DNA of 64,000 nucleotides from positions 1,946-65,945 of the forward strand of contig JBKQUU010000042.1 in NCBI GenBank assembly GCA_052325485.1, read 5' to 3'. Source of the DNA: Acidimicrobiales bacterium (GTDB lineage Bacteria > Actinomycetota > Acidimicrobiia > Acidimicrobiales > Palsa-688). Below, one piece after another: positions 54,227 through 63,425 of the stretch (positions within the stretch are counted from its first letter, which is position 1; each line of letters begins with the position of its first letter). The position numbers and the translations under genes are program-made. Under the pieces are notes generated by a model. The model made no database searches, had not been told where the DNA came from, and saw only the letters and a program-made list of their open reading frames with translations.

Positions 54227-55708
54227 GTGAGCCGGGTCCAGACGGAGATCGAGAAGTTCCTTGGAAGTTCGGCGGTGCCGCTTTACGTGGGGGGTACCTG
54301 GGCACCGGCGCGAGACGGAGCGGCCATCGAAGTCAGGCAACCGGCCGACGGCAGCTTGCTGGCCACGGTGGCCTCGGGAGACGGCGCCGACATCGATGAC
54401 GCTGTCGCCGCCGCCACTCAGGCGTTCCCCGAGTGGGCCGGCCGGTCGGCCAATGATAGGGCCACTCTCCTTCATCGCTACGCGGACGCCATCGAGGACA
54501 GCACCGAAGTGTTGGCCAACCTGGAATCGCTCGACGTCGGCAAGCCGGTGAAGGACGCCACCGGTTTCGACGTCCCTTTCGCCGCCAAGGCCTTCCGCTA
54601 CTTTGCCGACCTGTCCGTGCACGTCCGCCGGTCACAGCCGCTCCCCGTGGAGCATATCGAAGCCCGCCAGGTCCAGATCCCCTATGGCCCCTGCGGCTTC
54701 ATCTTCCCCTGGAACTTCCCTTTCCTTCTTTACGCCTGGGGGGTGGCGCCGGCCCTGGCTGCCGGGAACACAGTGGTGGTCAAGCCCGCGGAACTGACCC
54801 CCCTCAGCACGCTGTACGCGTGCCACCTGGCCGACCAAGTCGGGATCCCCGCAGGAGTGATCAATGTAGTACCGGGTCTGGGCCACACCGCGGGAGCGGC
54901 GCTCAGCCGACATACAGGCATCCGCCGTATGTCTTTCACCGGGTCGCCTGAAGTGGGAAGAGCCGTTGCCCAAGGGGCGGCTCGGAACCTCGTGCCCTGC
55001 AAGCTCGAGCTCGGCGGCAAAGGTGCCGCGGTGATCTTCGACGACGTCGATGTGGGTGCGACCGCTCGCAAGTTGGCCAGCGCCATCACCTTGAACACGG
55101 GGCAGGTTTGCTGCACGGCGACACGCTGGTTCGTCCACCAGGACGTGCTCGATGAGCTCGTGACAGAAGCCACAAAGGCCCTGTCCGAGGTCTCCATCGG
55201 TCCAGGCGACGACCCGGCCACCAGCATGGGGCCGCTCGTGAGCGAGACACAGCGCCAGCGCGTGCTCGGCTATGTCGACAAAGGGATCTCGACAGGCGCC
55301 ACTGCGTTGCTAGAGGGAGGTGCCGTCCGGCCTGAGGGCCATGAGGGCGGCTACTACGTAAAGCCGACCCTCCTCGCCGGGGGACCGGACAACGTTTGTG
55401 CGAAGGAGGAGATCTTCGGCCCGGTAGCTTACGTCATCCCCTTCCGGGATGAGCAAGGGGTGATCGGCAGCGTCAATAGCTCCCGCTACGGACTGGCAAA
55501 TAGCGTCTGGAGCGCCGACCTAGACCGGGCCAACAGGGTGGCAGAGCGGCTCGAGGCCGGCAATAGCTGGATCAACGCTCACAACGTCTTCGCCTATGGT
55601 CTCCCCTACGGGGGAGTCAACCTGAGCGGTTACGGCGGGGGGGTCAACAGCCCGGAGACGTTGTTCGACTACCTGCGGAACCAGACAATTGCCAGGCCGC
55701 TCGCCTGA
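54227..55708 (+). CDS. NAD(P)-dependent aldehyde dehydrogenase
   Basis: FPWNFP, VVKPAELTP, FTGSPEVG, KLELGGKGA, NTGQVCCTATR (catalytic Cys), EEIFGPV. GTG at 54227 follows AAGGGGGAG. Confidence 0.9.
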   Translation: MSRVQTEIEKFLGSSAVPLYVGGTWAPARDGAAIEVRQPADGSLLATVASGDGADIDDAVAAATQAFPEWAGRSANDRATLLHRYADAIEDSTEVLANLESLDVGKPVKDATGFDVPFAAKAFRYFADLSVHVRRSQPLPVEHIEARQVQIPYGPCGFIFPWNFPFLLYAWGVAPALAAGNTVVVKPAELTPLSTLYACHLADQVGIPAGVINVVPGLGHTAGAALSRHTGIRRMSFTGSPEVGRAVAQGAARNLVPCKLELGGKGAAVIFDDVDVGATARKLASAITLNTGQVCCTATRWFVHQDVLDELVTEATKALSEVSIGPGDDPATSMGPLVSETQRQRVLGYVDKGISTGATALLEGGAVRPEGHEGGYYVKPTLLAGGPDNVCAKEEIFGPVAYVIPFRDEQGVIGSVNSSRYGLANSVWSADLDRANRVAERLEAGNSWINAHNVFAYGLPYGGVNLSGYGGGVNSPETLFDYLRNQTIARPLA

Positions 55709-55804
55709 GCCGCTGACCTGTTCGACCAGGCAAGTACACCCGTGGGTGGCCCAAGCCAGCAACGGGCCCGGAGCCGGACCAACCGTTCGTAAAGGAGAAG
55801 TCGC

Positions 55805-56620
55805 TTGACAATCATGCGGGAAAGGATCGAACGGGGAGAGGCACCACTGTGGGGAGCGTTCCTGGGTGCCGGCAGCCCGATCATGGCCGAGATGATGAGC
55901 CGCTCCGGGTTCGACTGGCTGGTCATCGACATGCAGCACTCGCCGCTCAACTCGTCTTCGGAGCTGCTGGGCATGGTCCAGGCGATCTCCTTGGGCCAGA
56001 GCGCTCCTTTCCTCCGGGCGCCGTGGAAGACCCAGTTCGGAGCGATCATGGCCGCCCTCGACGCCGGCGTGGAAGGGGTGATAATCCCCATGTTGGAGAC
56101 GGCCGACGAAGCACAAAAGATCGCCCGGTGCTTTCGTTACCCTCCCAGAGGGGACCGGAGCTGGGGGCCTTGGCGGGTGGCGATGGCAAATCCCGACTAC
56201 TCACCGGAGGTGGGGGACCGCAGGGCGCTTTGCCTGGTTCAGATCGAGACCCGCCAGGCCATGGAAAACCTCGACGCTATTTTAGAGGTGAAAGACGTTG
56301 ACGGTGCCTACGTCGGTCCCCAGGACCTGTCCCTCTCCCACGGAGGTGGTCTGAGTTGGCGGGTAACCAACCCGCTGCTCCACGACCTTTGCCAACGGGT
56401 GCTGGATGCCTGCCACCGGCACGGGAAGATCCCGGTGGCACATACGGCCGACCCCGACGACGCTCTTCAGTGGGCGGGCGAGGGCTTCCAGTTGGTCAAC
56501 GTCACCTCGGACAACCACCTGGCCCAGCAGGGCGCGGTCGCCACCCTGAAGATCCTGAAGGAGGGGGGCCAGCCGACGACAAGGCCGGCGACCACCTCGA
56601 CCGGCGGACAGCCGGCATAA
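55805..56620 (+). CDS. HpcH/HpaI-family aldolase (2-keto-3-deoxy-acid aldolase type)
   Basis: GFDWLVIDMQHSP, ...FLRAPW..., VIIPMLET, RYPPRGDRSWGP, VQIET, VGPQDLS. TTG at 55805 lies 6 nt after AAGGAGAA. Confidence 0.8.
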   Translation: MTIMRERIERGEAPLWGAFLGAGSPIMAEMMSRSGFDWLVIDMQHSPLNSSSELLGMVQAISLGQSAPFLRAPWKTQFGAIMAALDAGVEGVIIPMLETADEAQKIARCFRYPPRGDRSWGPWRVAMANPDYSPEVGDRRALCLVQIETRQAMENLDAILEVKDVDGAYVGPQDLSLSHGGGLSWRVTNPLLHDLCQRVLDACHRHGKIPVAHTADPDDALQWAGEGFQLVNVTSDNHLAQQGAVATLKILKEGGQPTTRPATTSTGGQPA

Positions 56621-56661
56621 GCGCGCCATAGGGAGCCCAAGAGGAGCCGACCGGAGAAGCC

Positions 56662-57531
56662 GTGGACCTCTACCCTTTGCGTAAGAACCGCCTGCGTGAG
56701 CTCCTGGACCAGGGGCGGCCTAGCCTCGGTACGCACCTCCTGTCGACGTGGCCGACCATTACCGAGCTCGTCGGACAGACCGGGCACTTCGACTACGTCG
56801 AGTTCGTGGCCGAGTACGCACCGTGGACGATGCACGACCTCGACAACCTGGGCCGGGCCATCGAGCTGTTCCCCGACTTCAGCGGGATGATCAAGATCGA
56901 GCAGGACACCCGTGGCCACCTAGCCATGCGGGCCATCGGGTCCGGGTTGCAAAACGTGCTCTTCGCGGACGTACGCACCGTCGAAGATGCGCGCCAGTGC
57001 GTCCGCTCGGTGCGCCCTGAGCACCCCGACCATGGGGGCCTTCACGGTGTCGGGCTGCGACGGGACGCGCGGACGGTGCTGCATGCCGGTTCCCCGGGCT
57101 GGGTGGGCACCCTCGCCGCTTCGGTGGTGGCCCTCATGGTCGAGAAACGGCAGGCGGTCGAAGACCTGGACGCCATCCTTGATGTCCCCGGCGTCGACAT
57201 GGTCCAGTTCGGGCCGGCCGACTACGCCATGAGCATGGGCCTGTCGCGTCACGAGGACGCCGAACAGATCCGCGAAGTCGAACGGGACGTGATCGCCACC
57301 GCCCAACGACATGGCGTCGCCGCCAGGGCAGAGATAGCCGACGCCCGCAGCGCCGAGTATTACCTGGACCTCGGCGTGCGTCATTTTTGCGTCGGTCACG
57401 ACGTCGGGATCCTCCACAGCTGGTTCAGCGACCAGGGCGCCGCCATGAGATCGATGTTGGGCGAGCTCCCAGCAGGGCCGGTGCCCCATGGCCGGTACCC
57501 GGCCGGCGGCGCCTCCGAGGGGCCGTACTGA
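56662..57531 (+). CDS. HpcH/HpaI aldolase / citrate-lyase beta-like family protein (second paralog)
   Basis: GHFDYVEFVAEYAPW, MIKIEQ, VEKRQAVEDLDAILDVPGVDMVQFGPADYAMS. Confidence 0.7.
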   Translation: MDLYPLRKNRLRELLDQGRPSLGTHLLSTWPTITELVGQTGHFDYVEFVAEYAPWTMHDLDNLGRAIELFPDFSGMIKIEQDTRGHLAMRAIGSGLQNVLFADVRTVEDARQCVRSVRPEHPDHGGLHGVGLRRDARTVLHAGSPGWVGTLAASVVALMVEKRQAVEDLDAILDVPGVDMVQFGPADYAMSMGLSRHEDAEQIREVERDVIATAQRHGVAARAEIADARSAEYYLDLGVRHFCVGHDVGILHSWFSDQGAAMRSMLGELPAGPVPHGRYPAGGASEGPY

Positions 57532-57559
57532 CCTTCACTTAAAGAGGGGGAAAAGGACC

Positions 57560-57733
57560 ATGGCGGCAACGACCGACCTGTGGGACGAGGTGCTGGCGAA
57601 GGGGGTAACGGCGGGGACATTGTCCCTGTGGTGGTTGTACCAAGCGGGGATCGTGGTCAAATCCCCGGGCCGTACTTTCGTGCTCAACGCGGGCGAGGAG
57701 GTCGTCATCGGTGCCCACGGCCTCGCGTCATGA
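57560..57733 (+). pseudogene. N-terminal fragment (57 aa) of an MBL-fold hydrolase (UlaG-like)
   Basis: GTLSLWWLYQAGIVVKSPGRTFVL matches the first beta-strands of UlaG-type metallo-beta-lactamase-fold proteins. The ORF stops before the HxHxDH motif. A good RBS (GGGGGAAAAGGA) is retained. Confidence 0.45.
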
Positions 57734-57740
57734 CCCGGGA

Positions 57741-58802
57741 ATGAGCGCCCGGGCGAGCGGGCCTCGGGCCGAACTTCGGCTGGGCGTAGTGGGAGTTGGC
57801 CGGATCTCCCAAGTGGCGCACCTACCGGCCGCCATCAAGGCCAGCCGGGTCCGCCTGGCCGCCGTGTGCGATTCGAGCCTGCTGGTCGTCGGGCAGGTGG
57901 CGGAGCGCTACGGCGTCGCCGGCTTTACCGACTTTAGGAAGTTCCTGGAGGAAGACATCGACGCCGTCCTGGTGGCCACACCGGACCGGTCCCACGTGCC
58001 CATGGCGGCTGAGGCGATGAGCGCCGGCAAGCACGTCCTGGTGGAAAAACCTCTGTCGGACACCGTCGAAGGGGCGGAGGAGCTCAACCGGCGGGCGGCC
58101 GAGAGCGGGCTGAAGCTGCAGGTCGGGGCCATGAAACGGCACGACCCGGCGATCGAGTACGCCAGGTTGTCGCTCTCGCGGATAGGGCCCGTCCTCACCG
58201 CGCAGGCGTGGTACCGCGTAATGGCAGCATTACGCCCACCCACCGAGGCCACCCTCTTCCCCCAGACGGTCGTCGACGAAGCCGTGCGGGAAGCGGGGAA
58301 CGCTTACAAAGCGGACCGTCAGCACTACCTGCTGACCACGCACGGAGCCCACGTTTTTGACGGGATCCGCTACCTGATCGGCGAGCTTGTCAGCCTGCGG
58401 GCCGAAGTGGCGCAGTCCGGCCCGGACTTCAGCTGGCACGGGACGGGCCGGCTGGCGGCCTCGGGCGGTTTGGCGTCCTTCGAAATTTCGGCCAGCGTCC
58501 ACGGCCTGTGGGCCGAGGGCTTCGACGTCTATGGCGAGAAGGGGCACCTGCGCGTGCGGTCGTTCTTCCCCTTTTTCCGCCGTGCCAGCGAGGTGAAGGT
58601 CTTCACCGAGCACGACTCGATGGCGCAGAGCCCGTTCTTCGGGGACACCGATCCGTACGAGCGCCAGCTCGAGGCGTTCGCTCGCGCCGTCCTAGACGAC
58701 GAGCCGGCCAATCCCGATGGTGCTGACGGTGTCGCCGCCGTCCGGATGACAGAGGCGGTAAGGGTTAGCGCCAGCCGCTCAGGAGCGGAGGTCAGGTTGT
58801 GA
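57741..58802 (+). CDS. Gfo/Idh/MocA-family oxidoreductase
   Basis: LRLGVVGVGRISQVAHLPA Rossmann motif and VLVEKPL. Start at ATG 57741, with an alternative GTG at 57711. Confidence 0.85.
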   Translation: MSARASGPRAELRLGVVGVGRISQVAHLPAAIKASRVRLAAVCDSSLLVVGQVAERYGVAGFTDFRKFLEEDIDAVLVATPDRSHVPMAAEAMSAGKHVLVEKPLSDTVEGAEELNRRAAESGLKLQVGAMKRHDPAIEYARLSLSRIGPVLTAQAWYRVMAALRPPTEATLFPQTVVDEAVREAGNAYKADRQHYLLTTHGAHVFDGIRYLIGELVSLRAEVAQSGPDFSWHGTGRLAASGGLASFEISASVHGLWAEGFDVYGEKGHLRVRSFFPFFRRASEVKVFTEHDSMAQSPFFGDTDPYERQLEAFARAVLDDEPANPDGADGVAAVRMTEAVRVSASRSGAEVRL

Positions 58803-59656
58803 GCGTCGAGCTCGGCATCTTCGCTCGCATCTTCAGCCGTCGTCGGGCCGAAGACGTCGCCGCCGCCGTAGCCGGGGCCGGGTTCGGGCTTGCCCAGCTC
58901 AACCTCTCTTGTATTGGGCTGCCCACCCTCCCCCCGGTTGACCGGGACGTGGGACTGGAGACTATCGCCTCGGCCTTTGCCGCCGAGAGGGTAAGGATTT
59001 GGGGGCTTTCCGCTACCTATAACCTCGTCCACCCCGACCTCTCGGTCCGAAAGGAAGGCACGGAAAGGGCGAAGGCCCTCATTGGCCGGTCGGGACAGGT
59101 CGCCGTCGACTTCGTCACCTTGTGCACGGGCAGCCGGGACCCGCAGGACATGTGGAGGCATCATCCGGCCAACGGCCTCGAGGATGCGTGGCGGGACATG
59201 CGAGCCGGCCTCGACCAGCTCCTGCCCGCCGCCGAGCGGGCCGGGGTGCGCCTTGGGATCGAGCCCGAGCCGGGGAACGTCGTCGCCGACGCCGCCCGGG
59301 GCCGCCGCCTCCTCGAAGAGCTCGGCCCGGACGCCAGGCTCGTCGGCATCATCCTCGACCCCGCCAACCTCGTCGCACCCGGGCCCGCCGATCAGGACCG
59401 GGCCCTGCGCGCCGCCTTCGCCGACCTCGGAGAGCACACTGTCGCTCTTCATGCCAAGGACGTCGTCCCTGGCGGCTACGCGGCTGCGGGTCTGGGCCAA
59501 CTTGACTACGATCTGGTCTTCGCCCTCCACGCCGGCCTGCCAACCTCCGTCCCGGTGATCATCCAGGACGCCCTCGAGGCGGACGTCCCCCGCACTAGGG
59601 AGTTCCTCTTGGGCTGCTCGGCGACGGGACCAGGGCGTCTGCCCGGGCGAGAATGA
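58799..59656 (+). CDS. sugar phosphate isomerase/epimerase (xylose isomerase-like TIM barrel)
   Basis: Pattern LGIEPEPGNVV, ILDPANL, HAKD. GTGA overlap with the upstream gene. Confidence 0.7.
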   Translation: MSVELGIFARIFSRRRAEDVAAAVAGAGFGLAQLNLSCIGLPTLPPVDRDVGLETIASAFAAERVRIWGLSATYNLVHPDLSVRKEGTERAKALIGRSGQVAVDFVTLCTGSRDPQDMWRHHPANGLEDAWRDMRAGLDQLLPAAERAGVRLGIEPEPGNVVADAARGRRLLEELGPDARLVGIILDPANLVAPGPADQDRALRAAFADLGEHTVALHAKDVVPGGYAAAGLGQLDYDLVFALHAGLPTSVPVIIQDALEADVPRTREFLLGCSATGPGRLPGRE

Positions 59657-60501
59657 GCGGGGCGGGCTCGTATGCCGAGGCCGCAAGTTACCGGCTCCGG
59701 GCCCACGAGGGCGGCGGGGGCGCCATCGTGCTGCTGCACGGCCTCGGCGGCGACCTGGACCAGTTATGGGGAGCCACTGACGGGGAGGTCGGTGGGCGCC
59801 CGGTCCCCGTCCTCGCCGCCGACGCTCGGGCTCACGGGCAGACGCAAATGGCCGAGCTCGGCCGGCTCAACTTCGAGGTGCTCGCACAAGACGTGACGAG
59901 CCTGGTCGACCGCCTTCAGCTCGGCCCCAAACTGGTCCTGGTCGGCGTGTCTATGGGCGCGGCCACGGCTCTGGCCCTGGCCCTCAGCGAGCCGCAGCGG
60001 GTGCACGGCTTGGTGCTGGTGCGCCCCGCCTGGCTTAACGAACGGTGGCCGAAAAACCTCGCCGCCTTCGGCGAGATCGCTCGGTTACTGCGGCAAAACG
60101 GCCCCGTCGACGGCCGGGCCCGGTTCCAGGCGTCCTCTCTCTACCAGGATGTCAATGCCATTTCGCCCAGCACGGCAGCGAGCCTCCTGGACCAGTTTGA
60201 CAAGCCGTTTGCCCTCTCGCGGGTACGCCGACTGGAGGACCTCCCCGGGTCGGTCCCGTACGACCGCCCGGGCACCGTGCGGGCCGTCCGGGTACCGACG
60301 CTCGTCGTGGGGGCACCGGGCGACCCCGTCCATCCCGTCCAGTTCGCTGAGGAGCTGGCGACGCTGGTGCCCGGGGGACGGCTGGCCCTGATCACCCCCC
60401 GGGACTTGTCGTTGGAGCGAAATCTCGCCGACCTAAGGCAAGCAGTGAACGGGTCCCTGGCCCGCCTGCAGCCGTTCGAAGAGGGCAAGGCCCGACAATG
60501 A
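59653..60501 (+). CDS. alpha/beta-fold hydrolase
   Basis: IVLLHGLGGD, nucleophile elbow LVGVSMGA (GxSxG), GDPVHP. ATGA overlap with the upstream gene. Confidence 0.8.
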   Translation: MSGAGSYAEAASYRLRAHEGGGGAIVLLHGLGGDLDQLWGATDGEVGGRPVPVLAADARAHGQTQMAELGRLNFEVLAQDVTSLVDRLQLGPKLVLVGVSMGAATALALALSEPQRVHGLVLVRPAWLNERWPKNLAAFGEIARLLRQNGPVDGRARFQASSLYQDVNAISPSTAASLLDQFDKPFALSRVRRLEDLPGSVPYDRPGTVRAVRVPTLVVGAPGDPVHPVQFAEELATLVPGGRLALITPRDLSLERNLADLRQAVNGSLARLQPFEEGKARQ

Positions 60502-60530
60502 GCCCGGACGAGCCCAAAAGCAGGCCGCTC

Positions 60531-61406
60531 CTAGTCCAGCGAAGTCGCCTCGAAGGTGCGGACCTTGTCGTCGAGCGGCACGACCATGGCGATCTGGGGG
60601 TGCGTGTGTTCTCTGGCCAACATTTTGATCGCGGTGCCGTAAGTGAGGAACTCGACTACGTGAGTGGCGAAACGTACCGGGCGGTCGACGATCTTGGCAT
60701 CTACGAGCCCGGTGCCGCCAGCCTGAGTGATCCGGCTTTGCAGCTCTTCCATGGCCGCTTCTCGAGCTTGGTACAACGTCTCGGTGTAATTGGTCAGCTC
60801 CACGTTCTGGGTTGACTGCCCGATCGCCGTACCCAGGGTACGCCGGGGCGCGTGGACGTAGGACACCCCCGCCACCAGGTCGAGCGGGTACCAACCCGCG
60901 GTGGTGAGCACGGCGAAGTCCCGGGCCGACAGGTCGCACAGGAACGGGTGCCGGTAGCCCACCTTGAAGCGGTCCTGACCCGCCTCGTCGGTGACCGAAC
61001 GCACCGCCGTGCCCGTCACGACGACCACAGCACGGTGATGAGAGGACTGGACTTCGATATCGACGCCCAGCACACCGACCGCTTTGGCGGCATGAGCCTG
61101 TTGGCGTATCGATTCTTTAGCTTCGTCTAGCGCCCGATGGAAGGCGTCATGAGCGTCGGTGACTGGCCCGGTGCTCCACACCCACACGCCCGAGAGGATC
61201 GAGACGCAACCGACGCCGAAGACCACTTCGACCGGCTCGAGCCCTACTGAGTGCAGCAACAGTATTTCGTCCAGCGAGAGGTCGGAAGTTGTGCGGCCGG
61301 GCCCGGTGGCGCGACTGTTCTGGCCTTCCCCGAGCATCCGGCCTAGCTGACGCAGGTCGGTCTCTTTGCTTTCCGTGCCGCCCAGCGACGTCGTGCCCGT
61401 GCTCAT
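60531..61406 (-). CDS. tandem two-domain YbjQ/UPF0145-family protein, paralog 3
   Basis: TSDLSLDEILLLHSVGLEPV...ALDEAKESIRQQAHAAKAVGVLGVDIEV...VTGTAVR, then CDLSARDFAVLTTAGWYPL...AREAAMEELQSRITQAGGTGLVDAKI...TYGTAIK. ATG at 61406 overlaps the upstream stop (ATGA). Confidence 0.75.
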   Translation of the reverse strand: MSTGTTSLGGTESKETDLRQLGRMLGEGQNSRATGPGRTTSDLSLDEILLLHSVGLEPVEVVFGVGCVSILSGVWVWSTGPVTDAHDAFHRALDEAKESIRQQAHAAKAVGVLGVDIEVQSSHHRAVVVVTGTAVRSVTDEAGQDRFKVGYRHPFLCDLSARDFAVLTTAGWYPLDLVAGVSYVHAPRRTLGTAIGQSTQNVELTNYTETLYQAREAAMEELQSRITQAGGTGLVDAKIVDRPVRFATHVVEFLTYGTAIKMLAREHTHPQIAMVVPLDDKVRTFEATSLD

Positions 61407-62206
61407 GATGCGAGGCTCACAGTCGACACCGGGGAGGCGATAGGCAGGGTGCCGCGCACCCGCCTCACCAGCGAGCCGAGCAGGGAACAGGTGATGTATG
61501 TGCAGCCGCTGCCTTCCGACTCGTGGACCTGCAGCCGCACGTCGTACAAAGACGCGTTCCCCGACGCCCTTCTCACCGCATCGATGGCACCCGAACGAGC
61601 CAGCTCGTGGGCTTCCTTGAGAGGGATGATCACATAGCCCGTACCGCACCGTCCCGAGCCGTAGTACTCCATGTTGCAGCCTTCGACCAGGACGGCGGTG
61701 CAGCGGGTGTAAGCGACGGCGCTGGGCACAAAACCGATCTCGATCAGCTTGGCCAGTTTGTGGCCGGCAAGCTGCGTGGTCCACGGCTGCTGAGGGGCAG
61801 TAGCCCCGTCGACCACCACGGCCGTCCCGTACAGATGGACTTCGCAGCTCCTGTCGTTGGTGGGGTGGTTCATCTCCGTAGTGACCCCAACCACTCCGTG
61901 TGCCCCCAGGTCAGCTGCCTCTTTCAGCATCCGCTCCAGAGCCACCTGGTGAGCGGTTGTCCAGGCGCTGTCCAGGGCGTCGACCCGTCCGAGCCAGCCA
62001 GGATTATGGATCGTCTGTTCGTAGCAGGCACATGGGTAATTGGTGACCGCATAAGTGGAATAGCTGGACCACCCTGAGATCTGCCCGCAATAAAAACCCT
62101 GGACCAAGCCGAGAGGCCGCAGCCCCATCGACAGGCAGGCGACGAAGTCGGGGATGGTCAGGCCCGAGTCGAAAGCGGTCGGCTGGCTAGCCGTGCCCGG
62201 GGTCAA
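61403..62206 (-). CDS. tandem two-domain YbjQ/UPF0145-family protein, paralog 2 (Cys-rich)
   Basis: LTIPDFVACLSMGLRPLGLV...VALERMLKEAADLGAHGVVGVTTEM...LYGTAVV, plus a second, more divergent copy. Ten Cys in 267 aa. TTG at 62206 overlaps the upstream stop (TTGA). Confidence 0.65.
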   Translation of the reverse strand: MTPGTASQPTAFDSGLTIPDFVACLSMGLRPLGLVQGFYCGQISGWSSYSTYAVTNYPCACYEQTIHNPGWLGRVDALDSAWTTAHQVALERMLKEAADLGAHGVVGVTTEMNHPTNDRSCEVHLYGTAVVVDGATAPQQPWTTQLAGHKLAKLIEIGFVPSAVAYTRCTAVLVEGCNMEYYGSGRCGTGYVIIPLKEAHELARSGAIDAVRRASGNASLYDVRLQVHESEGSGCTYITCSLLGSLVRRVRGTLPIASPVSTVSLAS

Positions 62207-63006
62207 TTGTCGAAGGTAATTATCGTGGTCGGCCGGGGCGGGGCCACCCCGTCGGAGCCGGCCCGGCGGGCCACGGCGGTGCCCAGGGACAAGAACTCGA
62301 TCGTGTGCTCGCCCCACTGGTGGCTTTTCTCCTCTAGCCTCATACCGACCACACCCGTGGCGCCCACGTTGTTCGCCTCGTCCTGCATCCGTTTCATCGC
62401 CAGCTCGCGGGCGTCGTACATAGCCTGAGTGAAGTTCTCAAGCTCTGCGTTCTGGCCGATCTGGCCCAGGGCCTGGCCGATGCCTCGGTGGGCAATGTGG
62501 TAAACGCAGGTGCCCATGACAAGCGCCTGGGGCATATAGCCCGTCTGGGCCAGCGTCCAGAAGTCTTGGCCGCTCAGGTCGCTCGTGAACGGTTTACCGA
62601 GCTTGTTCCGGTAGGAATTACCGTCCTCGGCCTTAACCGCGGTCCCCACGGCGATGAACTCGGCCGAGTCGTGGCCCCATTCGTAGAAATTGACGTCAAG
62701 GCGCACCCCGACGACCCCGTCCGCGCCCAGCTGGTCCGCTTCCTCTTCCATCCGGTTCATCGCCAGCTCCCGGGCGTTGTACATCGCCGCCGTGAGCTTG
62801 GTCAGCTCCTGCGAAGAGCCCCAATTGCCTTTTTGCAACCCGATATGGTAAATCGAACTGCCCATCACCAGCCCCAACGGGTGGAAACCGACTTGCTTGA
62901 CCAGTAGGAACTCGTTGACCGACAGGTCGCTGGTGAACAGCCCGTGCTCCAGCTCCTGGAGCCGGGCGCCAGCGTCTTTAGGTAGGTCCGAGGGGATATT
63001 GCTCAT
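62203..63006 (-). CDS. tandem two-domain YbjQ/UPF0145-family protein, paralog 1
   Basis: TSDLSVNEFLLVKQVGFHPLGLV...ARELAMNRMEEEADQLGADGVVGVRLDV...AVGTAVK, then TSDLSGQDFWTLAQTGYMPQALV...ARELAMKRMQDEANNVGATGVVGMRLEE...SLGTAVA. ATG at 63006 overlaps the upstream stop (ATGA). Confidence 0.8.
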   Translation of the reverse strand: MSNIPSDLPKDAGARLQELEHGLFTSDLSVNEFLLVKQVGFHPLGLVMGSSIYHIGLQKGNWGSSQELTKLTAAMYNARELAMNRMEEEADQLGADGVVGVRLDVNFYEWGHDSAEFIAVGTAVKAEDGNSYRNKLGKPFTSDLSGQDFWTLAQTGYMPQALVMGTCVYHIAHRGIGQALGQIGQNAELENFTQAMYDARELAMKRMQDEANNVGATGVVGMRLEEKSHQWGEHTIEFLSLGTAVARRAGSDGVAPPRPTTIITFDN

Positions 63007-63425
63007 ATGGGTCCTCCGATAATCACTCTCTGGAGAGCCGCCCGCGCGCTCTGATTGTTGACAGCTTCCTTTTGCAGAGCGTCCAGGAGCCGGCCCAGCC
63101 ATTGTTCGACCGCCAGCTCCTCGTTCCGGATCCGGATACCCCCGGAAGTGCGCCCGACGACGCAGCGCACAGAACGGCCCTGGATCTCGGCCTGGTACTC
63201 GTCGGGCCCGAGGTGGACCGTGATGCTCTTGATCTCTTCCGACTGGTGGCGCAGCAGCCCTCCTGAGGAGTGCGCCACCTCCACCCGGTCCCCAAAGGCG
63301 TCTTGCAGGGTCTTGCCCAGGACCCGCAGCATCATCTTGACGTCCTTGTTGTCTGCTAGCAAAGCGGCGGCGGCCATCTGCATGTCCACCTGGCCGCCGG
63401 CGTCAGCTAGTCCCATATCGCTCAT
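63003..63425 (-). CDS. hypothetical 140-aa protein between pspA and the YbjQ paralogs
   Basis: ATGA overlaps at both ends. Protein-like composition (MLRVLGKTLQDAFGDRVEVAHSSGGLLRHQSEEIKSITVHLGPDEYQAEIQGRSVRCVV...). No family recognised. Confidence 0.6.
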   Translation of the reverse strand: MSDMGLADAGGQVDMQMAAAALLADNKDVKMMLRVLGKTLQDAFGDRVEVAHSSGGLLRHQSEEIKSITVHLGPDEYQAEIQGRSVRCVVGRTSGGIRIRNEELAVEQWLGRLLDALQKEAVNNQSARAALQRVIIGGPI

